Assembly: GCA_038144855.1 (NCBI GenBank)
Contig: JAYQOO010000004.1
Coordinates: forward strand, 12,349 to 76,348
DNA: 64,000 bases
Source: Acidimicrobiia bacterium
GTDB taxonomy: Bacteria > Acidobacteriota > Vicinamibacteria > Vicinamibacterales > UBA2999
Direction of reading: 5' to 3'
Positions 38,075 to 46,121 of the stretch are shown piece by piece. The position numbers and the translations under genes were made by a program. Under the pieces are notes generated by a model that was not told where the DNA came from, did not search any database, and worked only from the letters and a program-made list of their open reading frames with translations. Positions within the stretch are counted from its first letter, which is position 1. Each line of letters starts with the position of its first letter.

Positions 38075-38290
38075 ATGAGCGTCGTTCGCATACTGGGGTT
38101 CTCGACGCTGTCGTGTGGCTGCGTGGTCGGTAAGTACCGCGACGTTGCCAGCACGCGCGAAGTGGTTTACGTCGAAGAAAAAGGCGTGGGCTGTGAAAGC
38201 CACGCGCACCGCCGCAACCACACGGTTTCGGCCGAGCGCGAGCGCTACGCCGCCGTTTCAATGACGACGATCACGGCGAGAGCCTCCTAA
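38075..38290 (+). CDS. 71-aa Cys/His-containing small protein (hypothetical)
   Basis: Track ORF 37859..38290 trimmed to the ATG preceded by GAGGGGAAG. MSVVRILGFSTLSCGCVVGKYRD...GCESHAHRRNH. Confidence 0.45.
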   Translation: MSVVRILGFSTLSCGCVVGKYRDVASTREVVYVEEKGVGCESHAHRRNHTVSAERERYAAVSMTTITARAS

Positions 38291-38345
38291 AAAGGGACTA
38301 CAGTCCTACCGGCCAACAGGCCAACCGCAAGGCCGTCAGCTAAGA

Positions 38346-39248
38346 TTGGGTGACGTGCCGCGCGCGCTTCCCAAACCTTACGCCGTCCTCGGGCGCGGCC
38401 AGTCTCGGCTGCGCTTCTATCACGGCGACGCCATCGACATCCTGAGCCGGCTCGATGCCGGGTCGATCGATGCGGTCGTCACCTCGCCTCCTTACAATCT
38501 TGGCATCCGCTATCGCAGTTATGACGATGGCCTGCCGCAGTCTGAGTACCTGGAGTGGACCGGCCGGTGGATCGCGGCAGCGGGCCACGCGCTGTCAGAC
38601 AAGGGATCGCTGTTTCTGAACGTCGGCGCCAAGCCGAAAGACCCGTGGACGGCGCTGGATGTCGCGCAGGCGGCTCGCAGGCACCTCCAGTTGCAGAACA
38701 TCATTCACTGGGTGAAGTCGATCGCCATCGAAAAGCAACTCGCCGGCACGAGGGCCGGCCTGAAAGACGACCTGGCGGTTGGCCACTACAAACCCATCAA
38801 CAGCCAGCGCTTCCTGAATGACTGTCACGAGTTCGTGTTTCACTTCACCAAGGCGGGCGATACCCCGATCGATCGCCAGGCCGTCGGCGTGAAGTATCAG
38901 GACCCCTCGAACATCATGCGGTGGGAAAAGGCCGGTTCCGGACTCCGCTGCCGCGGCAACACCTGGTTCCTGCCGTACGACACGATCCAGAGCCGCGACA
39001 AGGAGCGGCCGCATCCGGCCACCTTCCCCTGGCGCCTGCCCGCGTATTGCCTGCGGCTGCACGGCCTCCCGCGCGTCAGGGTGGCCGCCGATCCATTCCT
39101 TGGACTGGGGAGTTCGGCCGTGGCCTGCGCGACGCTGGGGATCGGGTTTGTCGGCATTGAGCTCGACGCTCACTACCTGAAGGAGGCGATCGCGCGGACC
39201 AGGAAGGCCATCGCGACTGCATCCTCCAAAGCTGAGCCATCCTTATAG
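38346..39248 (+). CDS. beta-class amino DNA methyltransferase (N4-C or N6-A), apparently orphan
   Basis: Motif IV VVTSPPYNL comes first. Then HEFVFHFTK, HPATFPWRLP, and motif I DPFLGLGSSAVACATLGIGFVGIELD at the C-terminus. The start is TTG 38346 or in-frame GTG 38355. Confidence 0.85.
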   Translation: MGDVPRALPKPYAVLGRGQSRLRFYHGDAIDILSRLDAGSIDAVVTSPPYNLGIRYRSYDDGLPQSEYLEWTGRWIAAAGHALSDKGSLFLNVGAKPKDPWTALDVAQAARRHLQLQNIIHWVKSIAIEKQLAGTRAGLKDDLAVGHYKPINSQRFLNDCHEFVFHFTKAGDTPIDRQAVGVKYQDPSNIMRWEKAGSGLRCRGNTWFLPYDTIQSRDKERPHPATFPWRLPAYCLRLHGLPRVRVAADPFLGLGSSAVACATLGIGFVGIELDAHYLKEAIARTRKAIATASSKAEPSL

Positions 39249-39324
39249 AGCTATATTCACAATCGTTTTACTTGAATCCATCTCTCCAGCAGATATATGC
39301 TTCTATGCATTCCTGGAGAGAAGT

Positions 39325-40227
39325 GTGGACCTTCGACAACTAGAAATCATAAGAGCTATCGCAGAAACTGGTTCGTTCACGGCCGCCGGACAGAAGCTGC
39401 ACGTGTCGCAGTCGGCGATCAGCCGCCAGATTCTGCTGCTGGAAGACGAACTCAAGGAGCCGGTCTTCCTGCGCGTCGGCCGGCGCATTCGCATCACCCC
39501 AGCCGGCGAGTCGTTGCTGCAGTTGAGTCACCGGGTATTCCAGGACCTGAAGGACACGATTGCCGGCATTACCGACAGCCAGGAGTCGCTGCGCGGCACC
39601 GTCAGGCTGCTGGGCGGCATGACCGTCTGCCTGTACGTGTTCCCGCCGCTGCTGCAGGAGCTCAAGCGGCAGCATCCCGAAATCGACCTGAAGCTGGTTG
39701 CCGGCAGTTCCGAGCGCTGCCTCGCGCAGCTGCGCGCCGGTGCCGGTGACCTGGCGCTGCTGACGCTGCCGATCGACCAGCCGGACCTCGTCACCGTGCC
39801 CGTCCTTCAGGAAGAGCTCCTGGTGGTGACGCCGGCAAAGCATCCGCTGTCGAAGAAGCGGAAGATCCTGCCAACCGACCTGGTCGGTGAGCCATTCGTG
39901 CTGTTCGAGTCCGGGTCGAACACGCGCCGTGCCGTGGATGAGTTCTTCATGACCGCGCGCATCGAGCCACAGATCGTGATGGAAACGGAAAACGTCGAGA
40001 TCATCAAGGCGATGGTCCGCAACGGCATCGGCATCACCGTCATTCCCTACCAGGCGGTGGCGCGCGACGTGGCGGCCGGGCAGATGTTCTGCGCCCGGAT
40101 CGAGGGGCGTTCCCTGGTGCGTGAAACCGGCTGGGTCTATCCGAAGATGAGCCGCACCCCTCGTGCGGTCAAGGAAGTCATCCGCGCCTTCGAGCGCGTC
40201 CGGCCCAAGCTCAAGCTGGCGCCGTAA
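39325..40227 (+). CDS. LysR family transcriptional regulator
   Basis: N-terminal HTH LRQLEIIRAIAETGSFTAAGQKLHVSQSAISRQILLLEDEL plus a LysR substrate-binding domain. GGAGA precedes the GTG. Confidence 0.9.
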   Translation: MDLRQLEIIRAIAETGSFTAAGQKLHVSQSAISRQILLLEDELKEPVFLRVGRRIRITPAGESLLQLSHRVFQDLKDTIAGITDSQESLRGTVRLLGGMTVCLYVFPPLLQELKRQHPEIDLKLVAGSSERCLAQLRAGAGDLALLTLPIDQPDLVTVPVLQEELLVVTPAKHPLSKKRKILPTDLVGEPFVLFESGSNTRRAVDEFFMTARIEPQIVMETENVEIIKAMVRNGIGITVIPYQAVARDVAAGQMFCARIEGRSLVRETGWVYPKMSRTPRAVKEVIRAFERVRPKLKLAP

Positions 40228-40254
40228 TACGCGCTATCTGGCCATCAGGGTTCA

Positions 40255-40275
40255 CTCATGCGGAAACCGCATGAG
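40255..40275 (+). terminator. perfect 9-bp hairpin after the LysR gene
   Basis: CTCATGCGG-AAA-CCGCATGAG. No U-tract, so its function is uncertain. Confidence 0.35.
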
Positions 40276-40376
40276 TAAAATCGGATCATTCTATTTTTGG
40301 ATCCAATCCGGGGTCGTAGGATTGGAGCTATCTGCCATCACCATTTGGTGATGGCGGGATAAGAAAGGCTTTCTAT

Positions 40377-40568
40377 ATGGATACGTCCCGCGAGCGAGTG
40401 ATTTCAATCAGCCTCAACGAGAGCGAATGGCAGAAGTTCGTCAGCCTGCATCCGCAGCCGGTGAACTGGATTCGCGAACGAATCCAGGAGTCGCTGGCCG
40501 GCGTTACTGCTTCGTCTCAGGCTTCGGCAGCTGCCGCAGCGAATACGACGTCCGCGACCACACGCTGA
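40377..40568 (+). CDS. 63-aa hypothetical protein
   Basis: ATG preceded by AAGAAAGG. VISISLNESEWQKFVSL may be a beta-strand/helix start (RHH-like, speculative). The low-complexity tail overlaps the convergent VWA gene by 65 nt. Confidence 0.3.
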   Translation: MDTSRERVISISLNESEWQKFVSLHPQPVNWIRERIQESLAGVTASSQASAAAAANTTSATTR

Positions 40569-41766
40569 CCCCGGGCCGGTTCACCAGCTTCACCTCGAGC
40601 TTCCGGGTCCGCTTGAGCGGATCCGGGTTCGTCGACGAGTAGCCGATCATGTAGTAGTCGCTCGTCTCGGCGTCGATCCGCTTCAAGGCCTTGTCGAAGT
40701 TGTTCTGATTCACCACCGCAATGCCACCGGTCTGCTCGGCCAGCACCCGCAGGCTGTCCTGGGTCTTGCGGACGTATTCACCAAATTCCACGGGATCCAG
40801 CGTTTCGTCGAGGTCACTGCCGGCGACCAGGCCGCGCGGGTCGATCGTGTAGAGCGTGGCGTTGGCGCGGTTGGCGGCGCGGGTCACCTCGGTCAGTTCG
40901 CGCACCAGGTCAGCGTCGGCAAACTGGTTCTGGTTGGTCATCCCCTGCTGCTCACGGCCCTCTTCACGCGTCTGGCCAAAACGGCCGCCAAACACCGGAT
41001 CCTCGCCAAGCCGTGACTCCGCAAACGGATTGAAGTCGTAGCCGTTGCTCACCCAAACCACCGCCTTGCGGCGGTTGTTGATTTTCTCCATCTGCGTGAG
41101 CATGTCGTAGACGGTCGAGAACGCCACATGCGCGCGATAGCGGACCTCGCTCGGGCCGTCAGCGCCTTCTGAGCCCTGGATGATGTCGGCCGGCTTCAAG
41201 CCGCTGCCGGTGATCTTCTTGATCGACTCCTCCAGCACCTTCAGGTCATAGGTCGGGTCGATCGCCAACGACGAGGGACCGGTCGACACGATCGAGAACA
41301 TGTCGCCTTCATGGACCAGGGTCTTCGAAATACGCTTGAAGAGATCGCGAATGCGCCCGGTGTTACGGAAGTCGAGATGCAGGTCGTCAACGACGATCAG
41401 GAAAATGCGGCCGGCGGTGTCGTTCCGGGGACGGGACACCGGCAGCACCAGGCCTTCCTGCACGGTCGGCGCCGGCGGCGCAGCGAGGTTATGGACACGC
41501 CCGCCGTGGACCAGCGTCATCGACGTGATCTCCTGCTTGACGCCGTCTTCATACAACTCGAAGTCGTTCTTGGTCAGGTCGGCAACGAACTGATCGCGAT
41601 TGTTCCTGGCGATCACGTCGGTCGTGACGTAATCGATCGCGACGCGGAACGTGGCGTTGGGCGACTGCGGTGTCGCGGGCGCCTGTGGAGCCGGTGACTG
41701 CGCGCCTACCGTCGTGGACAGCGCAAGCGCGGCCATCCCGACCAGCCGAAACGTGGTTGCCTTCAT
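40504..41766 (-). CDS. secreted VWA domain protein (VWFA-related acidobacterial type)
   Basis: Signal peptide. FRVAIDYVTTDVIARNNRDQFVADLTKNDFELYEDGVKQEI opening typical of that family. VWA core IFLIVVDDLH. Confidence 0.85.
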   Translation of the reverse strand: MKATTFRLVGMAALALSTTVGAQSPAPQAPATPQSPNATFRVAIDYVTTDVIARNNRDQFVADLTKNDFELYEDGVKQEITSMTLVHGGRVHNLAAPPAPTVQEGLVLPVSRPRNDTAGRIFLIVVDDLHLDFRNTGRIRDLFKRISKTLVHEGDMFSIVSTGPSSLAIDPTYDLKVLEESIKKITGSGLKPADIIQGSEGADGPSEVRYRAHVAFSTVYDMLTQMEKINNRRKAVVWVSNGYDFNPFAESRLGEDPVFGGRFGQTREEGREQQGMTNQNQFADADLVRELTEVTRAANRANATLYTIDPRGLVAGSDLDETLDPVEFGEYVRKTQDSLRVLAEQTGGIAVVNQNNFDKALKRIDAETSDYYMIGYSSTNPDPLKRTRKLEVKLVNRPGVSVWSRTSYSLRQLPKPETKQ

Positions 41767-41843
41767 GCTGACAGTATAAGACGGACGGGGGGCGGGTATG
41801 GCTGGCGGGTGGGTCGGGCCGGTCGGCGGGGGTTTTCCCCGCC

Positions 41844-42536
41844 CTAACCGCCCAATTCCGCCTTCAGGCTGTCGTAGAGGCCGTCGGCGCCACGAACGCC
41901 TTCCAGGATGGCGTCAGGGCTGACCCATAGGTCAGGATTTAACGCCTCCGCGCGCCTCGTCCAGGACTCCGGAGCCGCGCCATCCGGCGCCTTCTCGGCA
42001 ATGCGCGCGGCAATTTCCGCATACCGCGCGCGAAGCCGGGCGGAGATTTCCCTGCCGACCAGTTCGTCGAGCAATCGGTTGCCGCCAGCCGCGACGGCGG
42101 CAGCCGGGGCCGGGGCTGGCGAAGCCGCTTCTGCGGACTCCGGCACATCGAACGCTTCCGAGCCGGGGTCCTGCGCCTCGGACTCCTCGTCCGCCGGCTG
42201 CTGGTCGCTTCTGGCGTCGCGCGGGCGCTGGTCGCGCGGCTGGTGCTCTCGCGGACCCTGTGGCTTCTTGCGTTTCTGCGGCCGAACCGGCGCCTCGTCC
42301 TCGGGCGTCATCACCTCGCTCAGCGCAAGGATCGCAGGCCAGTCGAAATCGATGTCCGGGTGGCTGTCTTCGATGGTCCGGATGGCGTCTTCGTCGAGCG
42401 GCGAGCGGCCCAGAACGATGCCGGGCGCGGTCCGATACCAGTACAACAGCCGCAGCCGATCACCAGGGCGATCGGCGTGCAGCAGAAACGTGTTTTCAAA
42501 CCCGCGTCGGTCGCGGGTCAGTCTGAGGAACGGCAA
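41844..42536 (-). CDS. hypothetical protein with acidic/basic disordered centre
   Basis: TTG start lies 3 nt after the stop of the upstream gene. Folded-looking N-domain (about 75 aa), a disordered region rich in P/Q/R/D/E, and a helical C-terminus. No family recognised. Confidence 0.6.
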   Translation of the reverse strand: MPFLRLTRDRRGFENTFLLHADRPGDRLRLLYWYRTAPGIVLGRSPLDEDAIRTIEDSHPDIDFDWPAILALSEVMTPEDEAPVRPQKRKKPQGPREHQPRDQRPRDARSDQQPADEESEAQDPGSEAFDVPESAEAASPAPAPAAAVAAGGNRLLDELVGREISARLRARYAEIAARIAEKAPDGAAPESWTRRAEALNPDLWVSPDAILEGVRGADGLYDSLKAELGG

Positions 42537-42539
42537 TGT

Positions 42540-43334
42540 TTACCGGCGCTTCTTGCCGGCCTTTGGCTTCGGCTTCGGTTTGGGCTTCGGTTTGGCCGCC
42601 GCCTTGGGCTTGGAGGCCGGCTTTGCCGCCTTTTTGGGGGCGGGCTTGGCCTTGACCTTCGCGGCCTGCCTGGCGACCGGTTTCGCAGCGGGCTTCGGGG
42701 CAGGCTTTGCAGGTTTTACAGCTTTGACAGGGGTTTTCGGTGCCGGCTTCGCTGGCATCGTGGTCTTCACCTTGGCCTTCGCCTCGACGACCGTTGGCGC
42801 CTTCGGGGCGACCGGGGCTGGCGCCCGAACCGCTGGCTTCTTCTCGACGGGTGGCACGACTGGGACCGGCTTGGGGGTGATCTTGATAATCACCTTGGCC
42901 ATCGGGGCATCCGGCAGGCGGTGCACCAACGTGAAGCGGACCTGGTCAAACTGCGTGCTGTACGACCAGAGCTCAGCGACCACGATCTGGTACTCGTCGC
43001 AAATCCGGCGGGCGGCGTCGACCGACTGTGGCGGCACGTAGAGGTGCAGCGGCACGCGGAGCTTGCTGTAGACGCCCCATTCGGCCCGCGCCTCGATCGA
43101 GTTAACTGACTCACCCGTCTCGACTTCTACGGTTGCCAGGAGCCGCTTTTCGTCCTCGGCGATGAGCAGCGCGTCCGGGTAGACCACGAGGTCGCCCACC
43201 GTGATCGACTGGTTCTGCTCGTTCCCCGGGTTGATGATGACTTGGTTCTTACGCTTATAGCGGGCCTGGAGCTGTCGGATGACACGGTCGTGCTCGAGTT
43301 GCTCACGGACCGGCCGGGTGAGAATCGGGCTCAC
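42540..43334 (-). CDS. hypothetical DNA-binding candidate: globular N-domain plus histone-H1-like K/A/P-rich tail
   Basis: GTG start with GGAGG upstream. The last roughly 110 residues are almost only K, P, A and V (…AKPAPKTPVKAVKPAKPAPKPAAKP…KPKPKPKPKPKAGKKRR). The N-domain has a VYPDALLIAED...ATVEVETGES pattern. Confidence 0.7.
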   Translation of the reverse strand: MSPILTRPVREQLEHDRVIRQLQARYKRKNQVIINPGNEQNQSITVGDLVVYPDALLIAEDEKRLLATVEVETGESVNSIEARAEWGVYSKLRVPLHLYVPPQSVDAARRICDEYQIVVAELWSYSTQFDQVRFTLVHRLPDAPMAKVIIKITPKPVPVVPPVEKKPAVRAPAPVAPKAPTVVEAKAKVKTTMPAKPAPKTPVKAVKPAKPAPKPAAKPVARQAAKVKAKPAPKKAAKPASKPKAAAKPKPKPKPKPKAGKKRR

Positions 43335-43398
43335 TATGCCTCCGGAATCTGAAGAAACGCAAAACTATAACACGCGGGGGACATGGGAGAATGGTCGG

Positions 43399-44058
43399 AT
43401 GTTACAGCGTAAATACGCCCTGACGGGCCTGGCCGTTACTTTTTTGGCCGTTTATGCCGGCATTTTGTCGGCCCAGCCCGGTCCAGCAGCGCCGGCAGCG
43501 GGCGTAGAACCGGCTATCGCCAAGCTCCTGGCTGGCATCCAGGCCGCCGATAAGGGCCAACTCGCCGTGTCGGCCGAGGATGGCAATTTCCTGCGCCTCA
43601 TGGTCGGCGCCACGAACGCGAAATCGGTCCTCGAGATCGGTTCGGCGAGCGGCTACTCCGCCATCTGGATTGGGCTGGGCCTCCGTCAAACAGGCGGCAA
43701 GCTGGTCACCATCGAGTACGACCCGGTCCGCGCCAAGAAGGCCGCCGCCAACGTGCAGCGCGCCGGCTTGTTGGACATCGTCCGCGTCGTCCCCGGCGAT
43801 GCCTTCAAGGAGATCCCCTAGGTGACAGGGAACTTCGACATGGTCTTCCTCGACGCCTGGAAGCCCGACTACAAGAAGTTCTTCGACATGGTGTTCCCGC
43901 GCGTCACGCCCGGCGGACTCTTCATGGCGCATAACGTCGTCAACAAGCGCAATGACATGCTCGACTTCCTGAAAGCAATCGAAGTCCATCCCATGGCGTT
44001 CACCACCACGGTGACGGCAGGCCATGAAGGCATTTCGATGACCTACAAGAAGCGGTGA
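43399..44058 (+). pseudogene. family-3-like O-methyltransferase with signal peptide, interrupted by in-frame TAG (43819..43821)
   Basis: Track ORFs 43279..43821 and 43822..44058 are in the same frame. Joined they read ...SVLEIGSASGYS...VVPGDAFKEIP-*-VTGNFDMVFLDAWKPDYKKFF...PGGLFMAHNVV, a continuous class I MTase core. Confidence 0.75.
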
Positions 44059-44966
44059 TGAGGCCTGTTCACCTGATCGGCGTTCCGCTCGACCTGGGCG
44101 GCAATCGGCGCGGCACCGACATGGGGCCGTCGGCGTTTCGCATTGCCGGCATCGGTGAACAGCTCTCCAGGCTGGGCATTGCCGTCGTCGACAAGGGCGA
44201 CGTGCCCTCGCCGATTCCAGAGGCGAAAGGCGCCGGTGACGCGAAGAAGCGTTACGTCAAGGACATCGCCAAAGTGTGTCAGCGCGTCTATCAGACCTCG
44301 CTCGCCTCCTTCTCCGAAGGCGCCATGCCGATCGCGCTAGGAGGCGATCACAGCCTCGCGGCCGGATCGGTCGCCGCGGCCGCCATGCATGCGCGCAAGC
44401 AGAACAAGCCCCTGGGCGTGATCTGGGTCGATGCCCACGCCGACATGAACAATCCCTCGTCCACCGAGTCAGGCAACGTGCACGGCATGCCGTTGGCCGC
44501 CTTACTCGGCACTGGCCCCTCGGAGCTCTCGCACTTCGGAGGCAGCGGAGCGGCCATATCCGCCAAGCACACTGTCCTCGTGGGGATTCGCAACCTCGAC
44601 GAGGTCGAAAAGCAGATCGTTCGCGCTTCGAAAGTGCACGCCTTCACGATGAAGGACATCGATCGTCTTGGCATCGCCGAAGTCATGACACGCGCAATCA
44701 CCATCGCCTCAAAGGGCACGGCCGGCTTCCATGTGTCGTACGATCTCGACGCGTGCGATCCGACCGTGGCCCCCGGCGTCGGCACGCCGGTCAAGGGCGG
44801 CCTCTCCTACCGCGAAGCTCACGTCGTCATGGAGATGGTGGCCGAGTCGGGCAAGCTGACGTCGTTTGATCTCGTCGAAGTGAATCCCACGCTCGACATC
44901 CGCAACACCACGGCGGAACTCGGTACAGAGCTCGCGCTCAGCGCCTTGGGCAAAAGCATTCTGTAG
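44058..44966 (+). CDS. arginase
   Basis: GGDHSLAAGS, VWVDAHADMN, SYDLDACDP Mn-binding motifs. The ATG overlaps the preceding TGA (TGATG). Track start is GTG 44055. Confidence 0.9.
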   Translation: MRPVHLIGVPLDLGGNRRGTDMGPSAFRIAGIGEQLSRLGIAVVDKGDVPSPIPEAKGAGDAKKRYVKDIAKVCQRVYQTSLASFSEGAMPIALGGDHSLAAGSVAAAAMHARKQNKPLGVIWVDAHADMNNPSSTESGNVHGMPLAALLGTGPSELSHFGGSGAAISAKHTVLVGIRNLDEVEKQIVRASKVHAFTMKDIDRLGIAEVMTRAITIASKGTAGFHVSYDLDACDPTVAPGVGTPVKGGLSYREAHVVMEMVAESGKLTSFDLVEVNPTLDIRNTTAELGTELALSALGKSIL

Positions 44967-45007
44967 TTGCTGCAGGCCTGTCGGCCCGTAGTAGGACGGT
45001 CGGCCTG

Positions 45008-45412
45008 CTACGACGCCGCAATACGGCCGAAGCCGCTGGAGTTGCCGCGTGACTGCTTAAGCATGTCTTCGAGCGTGTCCACGAGCATGACCAGGGAGTA
45101 CGGCTTTTCAACGAGGCGCGTATTCGGGCGAATCGTTTCCAGGTCGGCTGATTCGGAACGCAGACCCGAAAAGATGATCACCGGAATTTCCGGCGGTGCG
45201 GAAACAACCACTTCACGGCCGGAGCCGCGCCGCAGGCGCAGATCCACGATCGCGGCCGCGGGACGATGAGCCTTGATGGCATCGAGTCCCTCATCCGCCG
45301 TTTCAGCCGTCACCACCGTGTATTGCCGCATCTGCAGGAACTTCACGAGCGGCTGGCGCACGGCACTGTCGTCTTCAACGACCAACACGACGGGGGATGT
45401 TTCTCGGACCAC
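45008..45412 (-). CDS. single-domain response regulator (CheY-like)
   Basis: VLVVEDDSAVRQ...AAIVDLRL...VIIFSG...VEKP receiver motifs. 134 aa, no output domain. Confidence 0.85.
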   Translation of the reverse strand: MVRETSPVVLVVEDDSAVRQPLVKFLQMRQYTVVTAETADEGLDAIKAHRPAAAIVDLRLRRGSGREVVVSAPPEIPVIIFSGLRSESADLETIRPNTRLVEKPYSLVMLVDTLEDMLKQSRGNSSGFGRIAAS

Positions 45413-45541
45413 GGCAGGATTATCGGACTATTTCATGGGCAAAGATACAGAAGCACGGTAGGACATCGCCGGTCGGTGTGTGCGTACAACGGACTTCTCC
45501 GACACACATCTGACAGAACGATTGTCCGTCGACCTGCGACC

Positions 45542-46036
45542 CTACCGGCGCTCCCGAATTTGCCTGGCGTGGTGGTTGGTATGAGAGACGTGGAATGCAA
45601 GCCACTCATCGATGCTCAGCGCGCAGAGGATCGGATGATCGAGCATCTTGCCGGTGCCGAGCGCAGCCCGGGTCTTCTCGGCGGCCTGGTCCAGCCACTC
45701 GAGGTTGGTGCGCGTATCGTTCAACACCGCTTCGAGATCGAGTTCACCGGTCGGGATAATGTGCTTCGGCGCCTGGCGGCCCTCGGGGAAGAGCCCGAGG
45801 TAGACGACCACGAATTGCGAGACGCGTTGTTTGACGGTGACGGCGCTGGCCAGCGGTGCGCCCTTCTCAAGGCAACGCTCGAAGCCTTTCGCGGTGCCCG
45901 AATACGCGCGCGACAGGTGCTACACAATCTCGACGACCGACCACTTCGACGGATCGCGGCGCGAGCGCGCATCGTCGCCGGCGCCTTTGGTCACCAGCCT
46001 GACGGTCGCGAGGCACGACTCGAGATGAGGATGCAT
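45542..46036 (-). pseudogene. DinB-family (DinB_2-like) protein interrupted by in-frame TAG (45920..45922)
   Basis: My translation from ATG 46036: MHPHLESCLATVRLVTKGAGDDARSRRDPSKWSVVEIV-*-HLSRAYSGTAKGFE... It continues in frame into track ORF 45542..45811, which ends FHVSHTNHHARQIRERR. Confidence 0.7.
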
Positions 46037-46042
46037 GGGATC

Positions 46043-46117
46043 TGGTGAGCGGGGTGGGGATCGAACCCACGGCCAGAAGCTTAAAAGGCTCCTGCTCTAC
46101 CACTGAGCTACCCGCCC
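46043..46117 (-). tRNA. tRNA-Lys (anticodon UUU)
   Basis: Reverse strand GGGCGGGTAGCTCAGTGGTAGAGCAGGAGCCTTTTAAGCTTCTGGCCGTGGGTTCGATCCCCACCCCGCTCACCA. Cloverleaf folds, anticodon loop CTTTTAA, T-loop TTCGATC, encoded CCA. Confidence 0.95.
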
Positions 46118-46121
46118 GAAA

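Noticed and set aside
41825-41843. GGCGGGG-gtttt-CCCCGCC hairpin between the acidic-protein gene and the VWA gene, considered as an intrinsic terminator
   Set aside because: On the transcribed (reverse) strand it is not followed by a U-tract. It may be an mRNA-stabilising or processing hairpin, but there is no evidence for termination.
42541-42900. Short tandem DNA repeats (ggcttcggtttg-like), considered as a possible CRISPR, minisatellite or mobile repeat
   Set aside because: They are the coding sequence of the K/P/A tail (KPKPKP...). There are no spacers of constant length and no repeat-spacer architecture. This is low-complexity coding DNA.
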